Shown here piece by piece: positions 1-7,213 of a DNA stretch of 24,827 bases; position 1 is the stretch's first letter, and each line of letters opens with the position of its first letter. Made by a program: the position numbers and the translations under genes. Origin of the DNA: Dehalococcoidales bacterium (GTDB taxonomy: Bacteria; Chloroflexota; Dehalococcoidia; Dehalococcoidales; UBA2162). Below the pieces are notes generated by a model. It was given only the letters and a program-made list of their open reading frames with translations, was not told the origin of the DNA and made no database searches. The stretch covers positions 1 to 24,827 of the forward strand of contig JAZFUC010000020.1 of NCBI GenBank assembly GCA_036446995.1, in the 5' to 3' direction.

Positions 1-734
1 GTCATCAGGTAGGCCGGGGCGGCCCCGCTGTTGAGGAGACGCTGGAGCAGTTGTTCCGCCTGTTCGGCCCTGAACTCCATAATGGCATCCACCATGGTGA
101 AAACGTTAGCCTGCTGGGTGTAGCTCACAACTGAGTGGACGTCATCTTCCTCAATACCGCTCCCGGAGGTGAAGAGGAGCAGTTTATCTATCTCGCTGGC
201 CATTATCCACAGATTGCTGCCCACCATGCGGGTTAACAGATTAGCCGCTCCGGGGGAGATACCGGCGCCTGCCTCTTTTACCCGTTTCTGCACCCATTCA
301 CGCAGTTGCGGTTCCCTGAGCAGGGGAAAGCTCTTTACCGTCGCCCCGGCGGCCAGGTCTTTCAAAAGAGGATTGCCGCCTTTTACTTCACTGTCTATCA
401 ACACCAGTACAGTTGTTTCCGGTATCGTTTTAATATAATTACTGAACTCGGCGTGCTTGTCCGCCTGGTTTTTTGATTGCCCGGCCTTGCCCTGGCGGCG
501 GGGACGGCGCTGGGGGCCGAACCTTTCCAGCAAACCGCTGACGATGACCAGGCGCTTGCCGGAAAGAAAAGGGACCGTCTCGCAGACTGTTCTCAGTTCA
601 TCCAGGGTCAGCTTCTGTCCCTCAAGGGTGGTCGTGCTGGAAGACAGGTCGAACTGGTCTCCAACGTCACTTTTAACTGCGTCAAGTGACTGGTGAAGGG
701 TAAAATCGTCCTGGCCGGATAATATGTACAGCAA
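1..734 (-). CDS. holA: DNA polymerase III delta subunit (clamp loader), 3' end runs off the window
   Basis: Manually translated; absent from the ORF track because there is no stop in the window. A TTG at 734 with AAGG about 7 nt upstream gives MLYILSGQDDFTLHQSL...LDELRTVCETVPFLSGKRLVIV..., matching the HolA N-terminal pattern (hYhhxG-D/E ... PFhxxxRLVhV). The frame is also open at the window edge (AEQLLQRLLNSGAAPAYLM). Confidence 0.88.
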   Translation of the reverse strand, partial: MLYILSGQDDFTLHQSLDAVKSDVGDQFDLSSSTTTLEGQKLTLDELRTVCETVPFLSGKRLVIVSGLLERFGPQRRPRRQGKAGQSKNQADKHAEFSNYIKTIPETTVLVLIDSEVKGGNPLLKDLAAGATVKSFPLLREPQLREWVQKRVKEAGAGISPGAANLLTRMVGSNLWIMASEIDKLLLFTSGSGIEEDDVHSVVSYTQQANVFTMVDAIMEFRAEQAEQLLQRLLNSGAAPAYLM

Positions 735-762
735 AGTCTGCCTTTCGATTAAAACTCCCCCA

Positions 763-771
763 ATTTTATCA
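763..771 (-). promoter_or_regulatory. Putative extended -10 promoter element (TGaTAAAAT) for holA
   Basis: Reverse complement of 763-771 is TGATAAAAT, about 30 nt upstream of the holA start, in AT-rich intergenic DNA. Confidence 0.45.
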
Positions 772-808
772 TACTTAGTAGTCATATTGTAAAAGATTAT
801 TGATAAAA

Positions 809-925
809 CCTCACCCCCTTTATCCCCCTCTCCCCGATTCTATCGGGGAGAGGGGGAAGAAAAAGAAGAGGGGCTGGCGCCCCTCTTAAACTCCCCTTTG
901 TTTTACTTCTTCCAAAATAGGGGAG
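809..925. repeat. Composite intergenic palindromic (REP/BIME-like) element with three tandem hairpins
   Basis: Perfect 16-bp inverted repeat at 823-838/842-857 (3-nt loop), 9-bp at 866-874/879-887 (4-nt loop) and 7-bp at 891-897/919-925. All arms are built from CCCCT(CT)/(AG)AGGGG. Repetition elsewhere in the genome cannot be seen from this window. Confidence 0.6.
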
Positions 926-989
926 GAAATATAAAAGAGAGATGAGTTACGATGAATGGATTATGAAATAGACCCCTGCGACGCAAGAA

Positions 990-2552
990 TTAAGTCGGGA
1001 TGATGCCGTGTTTCTTGTCAGGTCTGCTTTCAACTTTATTGATTACCATTTCCAGGGCTTCTATCAGGCGGGGGCGCGTCTCAGCGGGGTCGAATATGTC
1101 ATCCACATGGAGGTGTTCGGCCGCCTTGTAGGGATTGGCGAATTCCTCCCGGTATTCGGCAATTTTGTCCCGGAGCATTTTATCGGGGTCGTCGGCTTTT
1201 TCCAGGTCCCGCCTGAATATAATCGGGGCGGCCCCTTCCGCTCCCATTACCGCCAGTTCCGTGCTGGGCCAGCAGAATACGAAATCAGCTCCCAGGTCCT
1301 TGCTGCACATCCCCAGGTAGGAACCGCCGTAAGCCTTCCTGATGGTCAGGGTTATCTTGGGCACCGTCGCTTCTGAGTAGGCATAAAGCATCTTGGCTCC
1401 GTGTCTGATAATCCCGCCCCATTCCTGGTCGGTGCCGGGCAGGTAACCGGGCACATCTACCAGGGTGATTATGGGTATATTGAAGGCATCACAGAAGCGG
1501 ATAAACCGGGATGCCTTGTCGCTGGCATCGATATCCAGGCACCCGGCTTTTGACATTGGCTGGTTGGCTATTATACCCACGGACTGACCGTTCAGCCGGG
1601 AGAAACAGGTGATTATATTGGTGGCGAACAGGGGGAAGAGCTCAAAATAGTTTTTGTCATCTTTCCTCTGGTCAAAGACATTTTCTATTATCTTATGCAT
1701 GTCATAAGGCTTGTTGGGAGCCGCCGGGACGATATCAAAGAGAGAGTCATCACGCCTGTCGGGTTTGTCTCCCCAGTCCCGCACTTCCGGCTTTTCCCGG
1801 TTGCTGGAAGGCAGATAGCTCAGCAACTCCCTGATGTTCCGGAAGCACTCCTCTTCGCTGTTTTCAGAGCGGGCGGCCACCCCGGCTTTTTTCTGGGCGG
1901 CTACTGCCCCGCCGAGGTCTTCTTCACTGACATCCTGCCCCATGGTTGCCTTGACTACCCTCGGCCCGGTGATAAAGGCGTGGCTTATCCCTTTTACCAT
2001 AAAGACGAAGTCCATCAGGGCCGGAGAGTATACTGCTCCTCCCGCATTCGGTCCCAGGATAGCGCATATCTGGGGAATCAGCCCGGAAGCCCGGGTGTTC
2101 CTGAAAAATATCTTACCGTAACCGGAGAGGGCATCCACCCCGTCCTGTATTCTGGCCCCGCCTGAATCATTCATCCCGATAATGGGGCAGCCTTCCCGGG
2201 TGGCGCTGTCCAGCACCCGGCATATCTTTTCCGCGTGTATTTCTGATAATGTGCCGCCGGTGCTGGTGAAATCCTGGGAATAGAGGTACACCTTCCGACC
2301 GTCTATTTTCCCGTAGCCGGTAATCACGCCATCGGCCGGTATGTCGGCGATTGAACCCCGGCTGGTGGCAAAGGCGCCGGTTTCCCGGAAAGTGCCCTCG
2401 TCAAGCAGGGCATTTACCCGTTCGCGGGCATTAAGCTTGCCCCGCTTCTTCTGGGTGGCCAGACGGTCGCTGCCCCCCATCAGACTGGCTTTATCCCGGC
2501 GTTCTTTTAAAATGGCTAACTGTTTTTTCTTTATTTCTGCGTCGTCAGTCAT
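990..2552 (-). CDS. Acyl-CoA carboxylase/decarboxylase carboxyltransferase subunit (PccB/MmdA family)
   Basis: Motifs GKLNARERV..LLD, DGVITGYG, SQDFT..GGTL, NDSGGARIQDG, GPNAGGAVYSPALMDF, DVPGYLPG.DQEWGGIIRHGAK, RKAYGG and KKHG.IP. ATG at 2552 is preferred over GTG at 2564 because GGAG lies 6 nt upstream. Substrate is not determinable from sequence. Confidence 0.93.
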   Translation of the reverse strand: MTDDAEIKKKQLAILKERRDKASLMGGSDRLATQKKRGKLNARERVNALLDEGTFRETGAFATSRGSIADIPADGVITGYGKIDGRKVYLYSQDFTSTGGTLSEIHAEKICRVLDSATREGCPIIGMNDSGGARIQDGVDALSGYGKIFFRNTRASGLIPQICAILGPNAGGAVYSPALMDFVFMVKGISHAFITGPRVVKATMGQDVSEEDLGGAVAAQKKAGVAARSENSEEECFRNIRELLSYLPSSNREKPEVRDWGDKPDRRDDSLFDIVPAAPNKPYDMHKIIENVFDQRKDDKNYFELFPLFATNIITCFSRLNGQSVGIIANQPMSKAGCLDIDASDKASRFIRFCDAFNIPIITLVDVPGYLPGTDQEWGGIIRHGAKMLYAYSEATVPKITLTIRKAYGGSYLGMCSKDLGADFVFCWPSTELAVMGAEGAAPIIFRRDLEKADDPDKMLRDKIAEYREEFANPYKAAEHLHVDDIFDPAETRPRLIEALEMVINKVESRPDKKHGIIPT

Positions 2553-2625
2553 TTTGCTCTCCACAATTCACCGGATAAGTTTCCGGTACCATTCTCAGGG
2601 CGGATGGAGTACCCCAAAACCCCGC

Positions 2626-2934
2626 CTATTCTTCCTGGCTCCAGTTCTGCATCATATCCTTAATCCGCTTGGCCAGACCGGGGCTGGTGCGGAGGCGTTC
2701 GATGAAAACGGGACAGCCTTCAAGCAGGGAGTTCTGAGCGGCCGTGGCCATGTTGGACAGCAATTCCTGCATCCCGATGTCAGCCTGGGGGGCGGCTCCC
2801 ATACCACCGGGGGCAGACTCCATCTGGCGGCGGAGGTCTTCAACAGTGAACCGCATAGGCATGGTGCAGGACTTGTACCAGGGACATTCCTTGCACTGGA
2901 CTATCCCATAAGCTTCATTTAAAGCGTCCGTCAT
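2626..2934 (-). CDS. Hypothetical 102-aa protein with C-x2-C-x5-C ... CP motif
   Basis: Good RBS (AAGGAG) before ATG 2934. It fills the gap between neighbouring genes on the same strand. Cys14, Cys17, Cys23 and Cys74. Confidence 0.75.
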   Translation of the reverse strand: MTDALNEAYGIVQCKECPWYKSCTMPMRFTVEDLRRQMESAPGGMGAAPQADIGMQELLSNMATAAQNSLLEGCPVFIERLRTSPGLAKRIKDMMQNWSQEE

Positions 2935-2981
2935 ATCTTAATCTCCTTCAACTCTCTTTACTGTTATATCCAGTCTGTAAA

Positions 2982-3506
2982 CTAAGGTGTGACTTGAATA
3001 AGCTTTTTAAGGCCAACTTCAATACTTTCGGTATTCGGGAAGGCCCCAATTTGCTTTCCCTGGATTATACCATTCTTATCTATGAGGAAGGTAGTGGGGT
3101 ATCCGGTGATGTTATATATTCTGGCGACTCCCATATCCCCATCCAGTAGTACCGGCAGGGTAAGATTAAACTCCCGCATGAAATCTTCTACCTGAGGAAT
3201 GGTCTCTCCGACATTAATGGCCAGTAATGCCAGTCCCCGGTCCGTCCACTCCCGGTGCACTTCTTCCAGGTAACCCATTTCATCACGGCAGGGGCCGCAC
3301 CAGGTTGCCCAAAAGTTAAGCAATACTACTTTTCCACGGAGATCGCCAAGGTTGACCATCTCTCCCTCCAGAGACTGCAGACGGAAATCCGGCGCTATCT
3401 CCGATACCCTGGTACCTGTTTCCCCTGGGGATGAAGTAGTGCAGGCTGAAATCAATAATACAATAGTTAATAACACCGCCGCCGCGGTTGACACCACTTT
3501 ACTCAA
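2982..3506 (-). CDS. TlpA/ResA-like thiol-disulfide oxidoreductase, predicted lipoprotein
   Basis: Signal peptide with lipobox LISA-C22, APDFRL, LLNFWATWCGPC, YPTTFLIDKNG. TTG start with GAGGG RBS. Confidence 0.9.
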   Translation of the reverse strand: MSKVVSTAAAVLLTIVLLISACTTSSPGETGTRVSEIAPDFRLQSLEGEMVNLGDLRGKVVLLNFWATWCGPCRDEMGYLEEVHREWTDRGLALLAINVGETIPQVEDFMREFNLTLPVLLDGDMGVARIYNITGYPTTFLIDKNGIIQGKQIGAFPNTESIEVGLKKLIQVTP

Positions 3507-3536
3507 TAAATGCCCTCTTTCCGAGTAAGTCTAACA

Positions 3537-4241
3537 TTAAATCGTCGCCAGTAGAATCAGCTTGTTCATAATAACCAGAATACCCAGGGCTATCATTAAG
3601 AGGCCGCTGAAGATATAGATTATCCGGGAGTAGCGCTGGATGCGCTTCAACAGCGGGGTAACGGCATCGAAGGCAATTCCCACCACCAGGAAGGGAAGCC
3701 CCAGCCCCAGAGAATAAATGGCCAGCAGGTAAGTACCCTTCCAGACCGTCGCGGTACTGCCGGCCAGGGAGAGAATAGCCGCAATCTGCCAGCTGAGACA
3801 GGGTATCCAGGCAAAACAAAAGATAGCGCCGATAAGGAAGGAGCGCGAGTAGCTTCTGCCCGAACCGGAGGATATATTCAGATGTCTTTCATAATTCAGC
3901 CAGGGGACTTTCAGGGCCGCCAGCATTACCAGGCCGAATATTATTAACAGGCTGCCGACAATATACCGGATGACGACGGTATAAGAAATGAGGACCGAGC
4001 CGAGGAGACCGGCGCCGGCGCCCCATAAACTGAATATGATAGAGAAACCAACGACAAAACTAAGCGAGTGGAGGAATATCCGGAGCCGTTCCTTCTTGAT
4101 TTCAGTATCCAGTATCTCCGGTCCGGCCATGCTGGCAATGTAGACCGGCACCAGTGGCAGAACGCAGGGGGAAAGGAAGCTGGCCAGCCCGGCGACAAAA
4201 GCAAAACCTAAAGCGGCTAAAAGTGACGCATTTTCAATCAT
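3537..4241 (-). CDS. ccdA: CcdA/DsbD-family transmembrane disulfide reductase
   Basis: AFVAGLASFLSPCVLPLVPVY motif, about six hydrophobic segments, second Cys in WIPC, YSLGLGLPFL; adjacent to a TlpA-like gene. Confidence 0.9.
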   Translation of the reverse strand: MIENASLLAALGFAFVAGLASFLSPCVLPLVPVYIASMAGPEILDTEIKKERLRIFLHSLSFVVGFSIIFSLWGAGAGLLGSVLISYTVVIRYIVGSLLIIFGLVMLAALKVPWLNYERHLNISSGSGRSYSRSFLIGAIFCFAWIPCLSWQIAAILSLAGSTATVWKGTYLLAIYSLGLGLPFLVVGIAFDAVTPLLKRIQRYSRIIYIFSGLLMIALGILVIMNKLILLATI

Positions 4242-4255
4242 TTATCTCTATATTA

Positions 4256-4284
4256 ATAGTAATTGATACGGGCTTTGATATCAA
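4256..4284 (-). promoter_or_regulatory. Putative sigma70 promoter for ccdA-tlpA (TTGATA-N17-TACTAT)
   Basis: -35 at 4279-4284 and -10 at 4256-4261 on the minus strand, with an exact 17-nt spacer. Confidence 0.55.
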
Positions 4285-4338
4285 GTTCAGAGAGCAGGGA
4301 GGAATGCCCTGAGGGGGATTTCTGCCGGGAAAATATAC

Positions 4339-4941
4339 CTACCGGACGTTTTTAGAGTCCAGGGCGATTGCCCTGTCCAGGTCCGACGGGTAGTTTATAT
4401 TAAAAAAGGAGAGGAGTTCCGGGTCCAGTTTCCGACTTTCCTCAGGTTGGACATATCTGACGCGAACATTGTCCAGGAACGGGGCGACTCCCAGCTGGTT
4501 GCTCTCCAGCAGTTCTTTCATCTCAGGCAGGCAACTCCTGGAGTAAATGGCGTGGAGCGGTTCTACCATTCCGTTCTCAAGTTTGGGGACGATTACATCA
4601 ACCTCATAAGACAGCCCCAGCATATAATTAAGCAACTCCTCATTCAGGAAAGGCATGTCACAGGCGACTACTATGTTGAGGGGGGATTCAGATGCCTGCA
4701 GGCCCGTGTATATGCCGCCTAACGGGCCGGATCCGGGGTAAAGGTCCGCTATAATCTCTGCCTTGCCGGCAGGAAAGTCGGGCAGGTCAGGGGCGGTTAC
4801 CACCAGAAACCGTTCGGTAAGCGGTGTAAGACGCTCCATGACCCGCTCTATCATACTCTGACCGCCGATGGTTATTAAGGCTTTATTCCGTCCAAAACGC
4901 TTATTCCGGCCGCCGGCCAGAATTATTGATGTTGCCTTCAT
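4339..4941 (-). CDS. mobA: Molybdenum/tungsten cofactor guanylyltransferase
   Basis: IILAGG.NKRFG.NKAL, GPLGGI, ACDMPF, EPLHAIYS and FFNINYPSDL motifs; 200 aa. Confidence 0.92.
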   Translation of the reverse strand: MKATSIILAGGRNKRFGRNKALITIGGQSMIERVMERLTPLTERFLVVTAPDLPDFPAGKAEIIADLYPGSGPLGGIYTGLQASESPLNIVVACDMPFLNEELLNYMLGLSYEVDVIVPKLENGMVEPLHAIYSRSCLPEMKELLESNQLGVAPFLDNVRVRYVQPEESRKLDPELLSFFNINYPSDLDRAIALDSKNVR

Positions 4942-4948
4942 TTACCGC

Positions 4949-5605
4949 TCACCCCAGTTGCCTGATTAATTTCCAGGTGATTATCTCACAGAGAACCGTT
5001 ATGTCCTCCGTGGCCAGGTAATCCGTGATTGTGGCATCAAAGAGAATATTCCCCTGGGGCGTCAGTTCCTCGTCACCCTTCCAGAATAATATCGTTATCG
5101 GAACATGGCTGAAGGCATTTATCGTCACGGCTACATCGCCAAAGTTCGTCTTCTCTCCGCCCAGGTCCCGGCTGACCTCGGGTAGTTTGTCAGGGTCATC
5201 ACCGAAGTACCTGGTCAGCGGATTGATGGTCCTCTGGGCAAATGTCGGCGAGTACATACTTCCCTCGGGCAGCTCCTGAAACGTAATTAATTTGTTGCCG
5301 GGCGGGGTGCCTTTGGCTGTTGTAAAGTAGTGAAGAATGAGCAGTTTATCCCGCATCGGAATCTCGTCATCGCTGCCAACCAGAGAAACTTCAGCTTCAG
5401 GCAGGCTGATTTCGTATGGCCGGTTAAGATAGCTGATGATAATTGCCCGCCTGTTGCCGGTTACCTGGTATCGGGCGCCGCTCTTCCGGCATTGTTCCTC
5501 GATGTCCCCGGTGGCGGCAACCTTTTCACGGACAAGCTGGTAGGCAAGCCCATAGGCTTCTTCATAATTCTTCTGTTCCGGTACTGGGATATTTCTGTTT
5601 TCCAT
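4949..5605 (-). CDS. DUF3786-like protein
   Basis: Resemblance from memory to DUF3786 proteins (LLILHY, LITFQELPEG..Y..TF..R.I.PL, ..WKGDEE....NILFD....DYL.TED); 218 aa; no HMM was run. Confidence 0.7.
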   Translation of the reverse strand: MENRNIPVPEQKNYEEAYGLAYQLVREKVAATGDIEEQCRKSGARYQVTGNRRAIIISYLNRPYEISLPEAEVSLVGSDDEIPMRDKLLILHYFTTAKGTPPGNKLITFQELPEGSMYSPTFAQRTINPLTRYFGDDPDKLPEVSRDLGGEKTNFGDVAVTINAFSHVPITILFWKGDEELTPQGNILFDATITDYLATEDITVLCEIITWKLIRQLG

Positions 5606-5658
5606 CAGGCAACCGGTATCGTCAGTATTTAAGGGTTAAAATATCAGTTTGTTCGGCA

Positions 5659-6543
5659 TTACAGCCCGGCGGCGGCCAGGATATCAGGCACTCTTTCCTC
5701 TCTACCGATAGCCATAATATGGACGCCGTCACAGATAGACTCTTCCTTGATGGCTTTTATCATCCGGCCGGCAATCTCGATGCCGGTTTGTAAGGCTTTG
5801 CCTTTTTCGGCCCCGGCCATTTCATCGATAAGCGCCTGGGGAACAAAGATACCGGGGACATTCTCGTTCATAAACCGGGCCATCCTGGCTGAAGTCAGCA
5901 CCACTATTCCGGCCAGGATTTTAGTGTTAAGCGGGCGGGCATATTCCATGAATTTTTTAAGGTTATCTATGTCGTAGACCGCCTGGGTCTGGAAAAACTC
6001 GGCTCCGACGGCCACTTTTTTCTTGAATTTAAGCAGCTGGGGTTCGATTGGGTCCGCTTCAGGGGTGACAACAGCTCCGGCGCAAAACTCAAAGGGGCCG
6101 TCAAGGTCATTGCCTCCGAGGTCTTTACCTGATTCCATCAGACGCACCGTTCTGAGCAGCTGCACCGAATCGAGGTCGAAGACCTGCTTGGCCGCCTTGT
6201 GGTCGCCGACTGTTATCGCGTCGCCCGTCAGGCAGAGCACATTCCTTATCCCTCTCTCGTAAGCGAAGAGGAGGTCAGCCTCCAGGGCCATCCGGTTGCG
6301 GTCCCGGCAGGTCATTTGCAGAATGGGCTCCCCGCCCTTTTCCTTGATTGCCAGGCACACACCCAGCGAAGGATAACGCATCTTCGAGCTCTGGTTATCG
6401 GTGGCGTTAAGGGCGTCAACCTTGTCCTTGAGCAAATCGATGTGATGGAGAGTCTGCTCCATGTTGGTTCCCTTGGGGGGACCAATCTCTGTGGTAGTTA
6501 CGAATTTACCGGAGTTTAAAACTTCTCTAAAAGGTGTAGCCAT
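5659..6543 (-). CDS. metF: Methylenetetrahydrofolate reductase, FAD subunit (MetVF type)
   Basis: EIGPPKG, ATDNQ, QMTCRDRNR.AL, LCLTGD, FFQTQ and HIMA motifs; directly follows metV. Confidence 0.95.
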   Translation of the reverse strand: MATPFREVLNSGKFVTTTEIGPPKGTNMEQTLHHIDLLKDKVDALNATDNQSSKMRYPSLGVCLAIKEKGGEPILQMTCRDRNRMALEADLLFAYERGIRNVLCLTGDAITVGDHKAAKQVFDLDSVQLLRTVRLMESGKDLGGNDLDGPFEFCAGAVVTPEADPIEPQLLKFKKKVAVGAEFFQTQAVYDIDNLKKFMEYARPLNTKILAGIVVLTSARMARFMNENVPGIFVPQALIDEMAGAEKGKALQTGIEIAGRMIKAIKEESICDGVHIMAIGREERVPDILAAAGL

Positions 6544-6556
6544 TGTTCCTCCCCCG

Positions 6557-7201
6557 TTACTTGATAGCGAGTTTTCCGGGTTTCACTACTGCCTGATAAT
6601 TTTTAGGCGGTTGTTCTTTTTCAATAAGGTCAAGCCTGTCCTGTTTTTTCAGGCGGTTATATATCAGCGTCCAGGCGCAATCCTTGTCCGGGTCCACCTC
6701 ACACTTGCCCTTATTTGTGCCTCCGCAGGGGCCGTTCAGCAGGCCTTTGGCGCAGGAAGTTACCGGGCAGATGCCGCCGGTCCAGGCCAGGACGCATTCT
6801 CCGCACTGGGAGCAGACTTCGTCCAACACGCCCTCCAGATTTTCCTTGCCGATAAAGAGAGTATTCAATGCCGGAAAAACCGGTTTTTCATTGAATTGCG
6901 CTACCTGATGCACTCCGTAAGAGCAACTCATCACCAGCAGGCAGTCGGCCTGCTGTATTTCTTCGTCGCTCGCTTCGAGGGCGTACTTGGTTAATTCATC
7001 ACAGGCGGTGGGGATGACCATCCAGCCGGGCACCGTCTTACCTTCGGCTTCCAGCTTGTCCTTCATCTCAAGGACCTCGGCTTTGCCGCCGGTGTGAAGT
7101 GCCGTGGCGCAGGTACCGCAGCCGATAATATATACGGACTTGCACTTGCCCAGGAATTCCTTTATCTCTTCAAACGGTTTTTGTTCCGTAACAGATAGCA
7201 T
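6557..7201 (-). CDS. metV: Methylenetetrahydrofolate reductase Fe-S subunit
   Basis: N-terminal GCGTCAT..TGG and SCSYG; C-terminal CSQCGEC..GGICP..CAKGLLNGPCGG...CEV....CAW Cys-rich domain; 214 aa. Confidence 0.93.
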   Translation of the reverse strand: MLSVTEQKPFEEIKEFLGKCKSVYIIGCGTCATALHTGGKAEVLEMKDKLEAEGKTVPGWMVIPTACDELTKYALEASDEEIQQADCLLVMSCSYGVHQVAQFNEKPVFPALNTLFIGKENLEGVLDEVCSQCGECVLAWTGGICPVTSCAKGLLNGPCGGTNKGKCEVDPDKDCAWTLIYNRLKKQDRLDLIEKEQPPKNYQAVVKPGKLAIK

Positions 7202-7213
7202 TACTTCACCACC

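Noticed and set aside
809-925. CRISPR array or IS element
   Set aside because: There are no spaced direct repeats, cas genes, transposase or terminal inverted repeats flanking an ORF.
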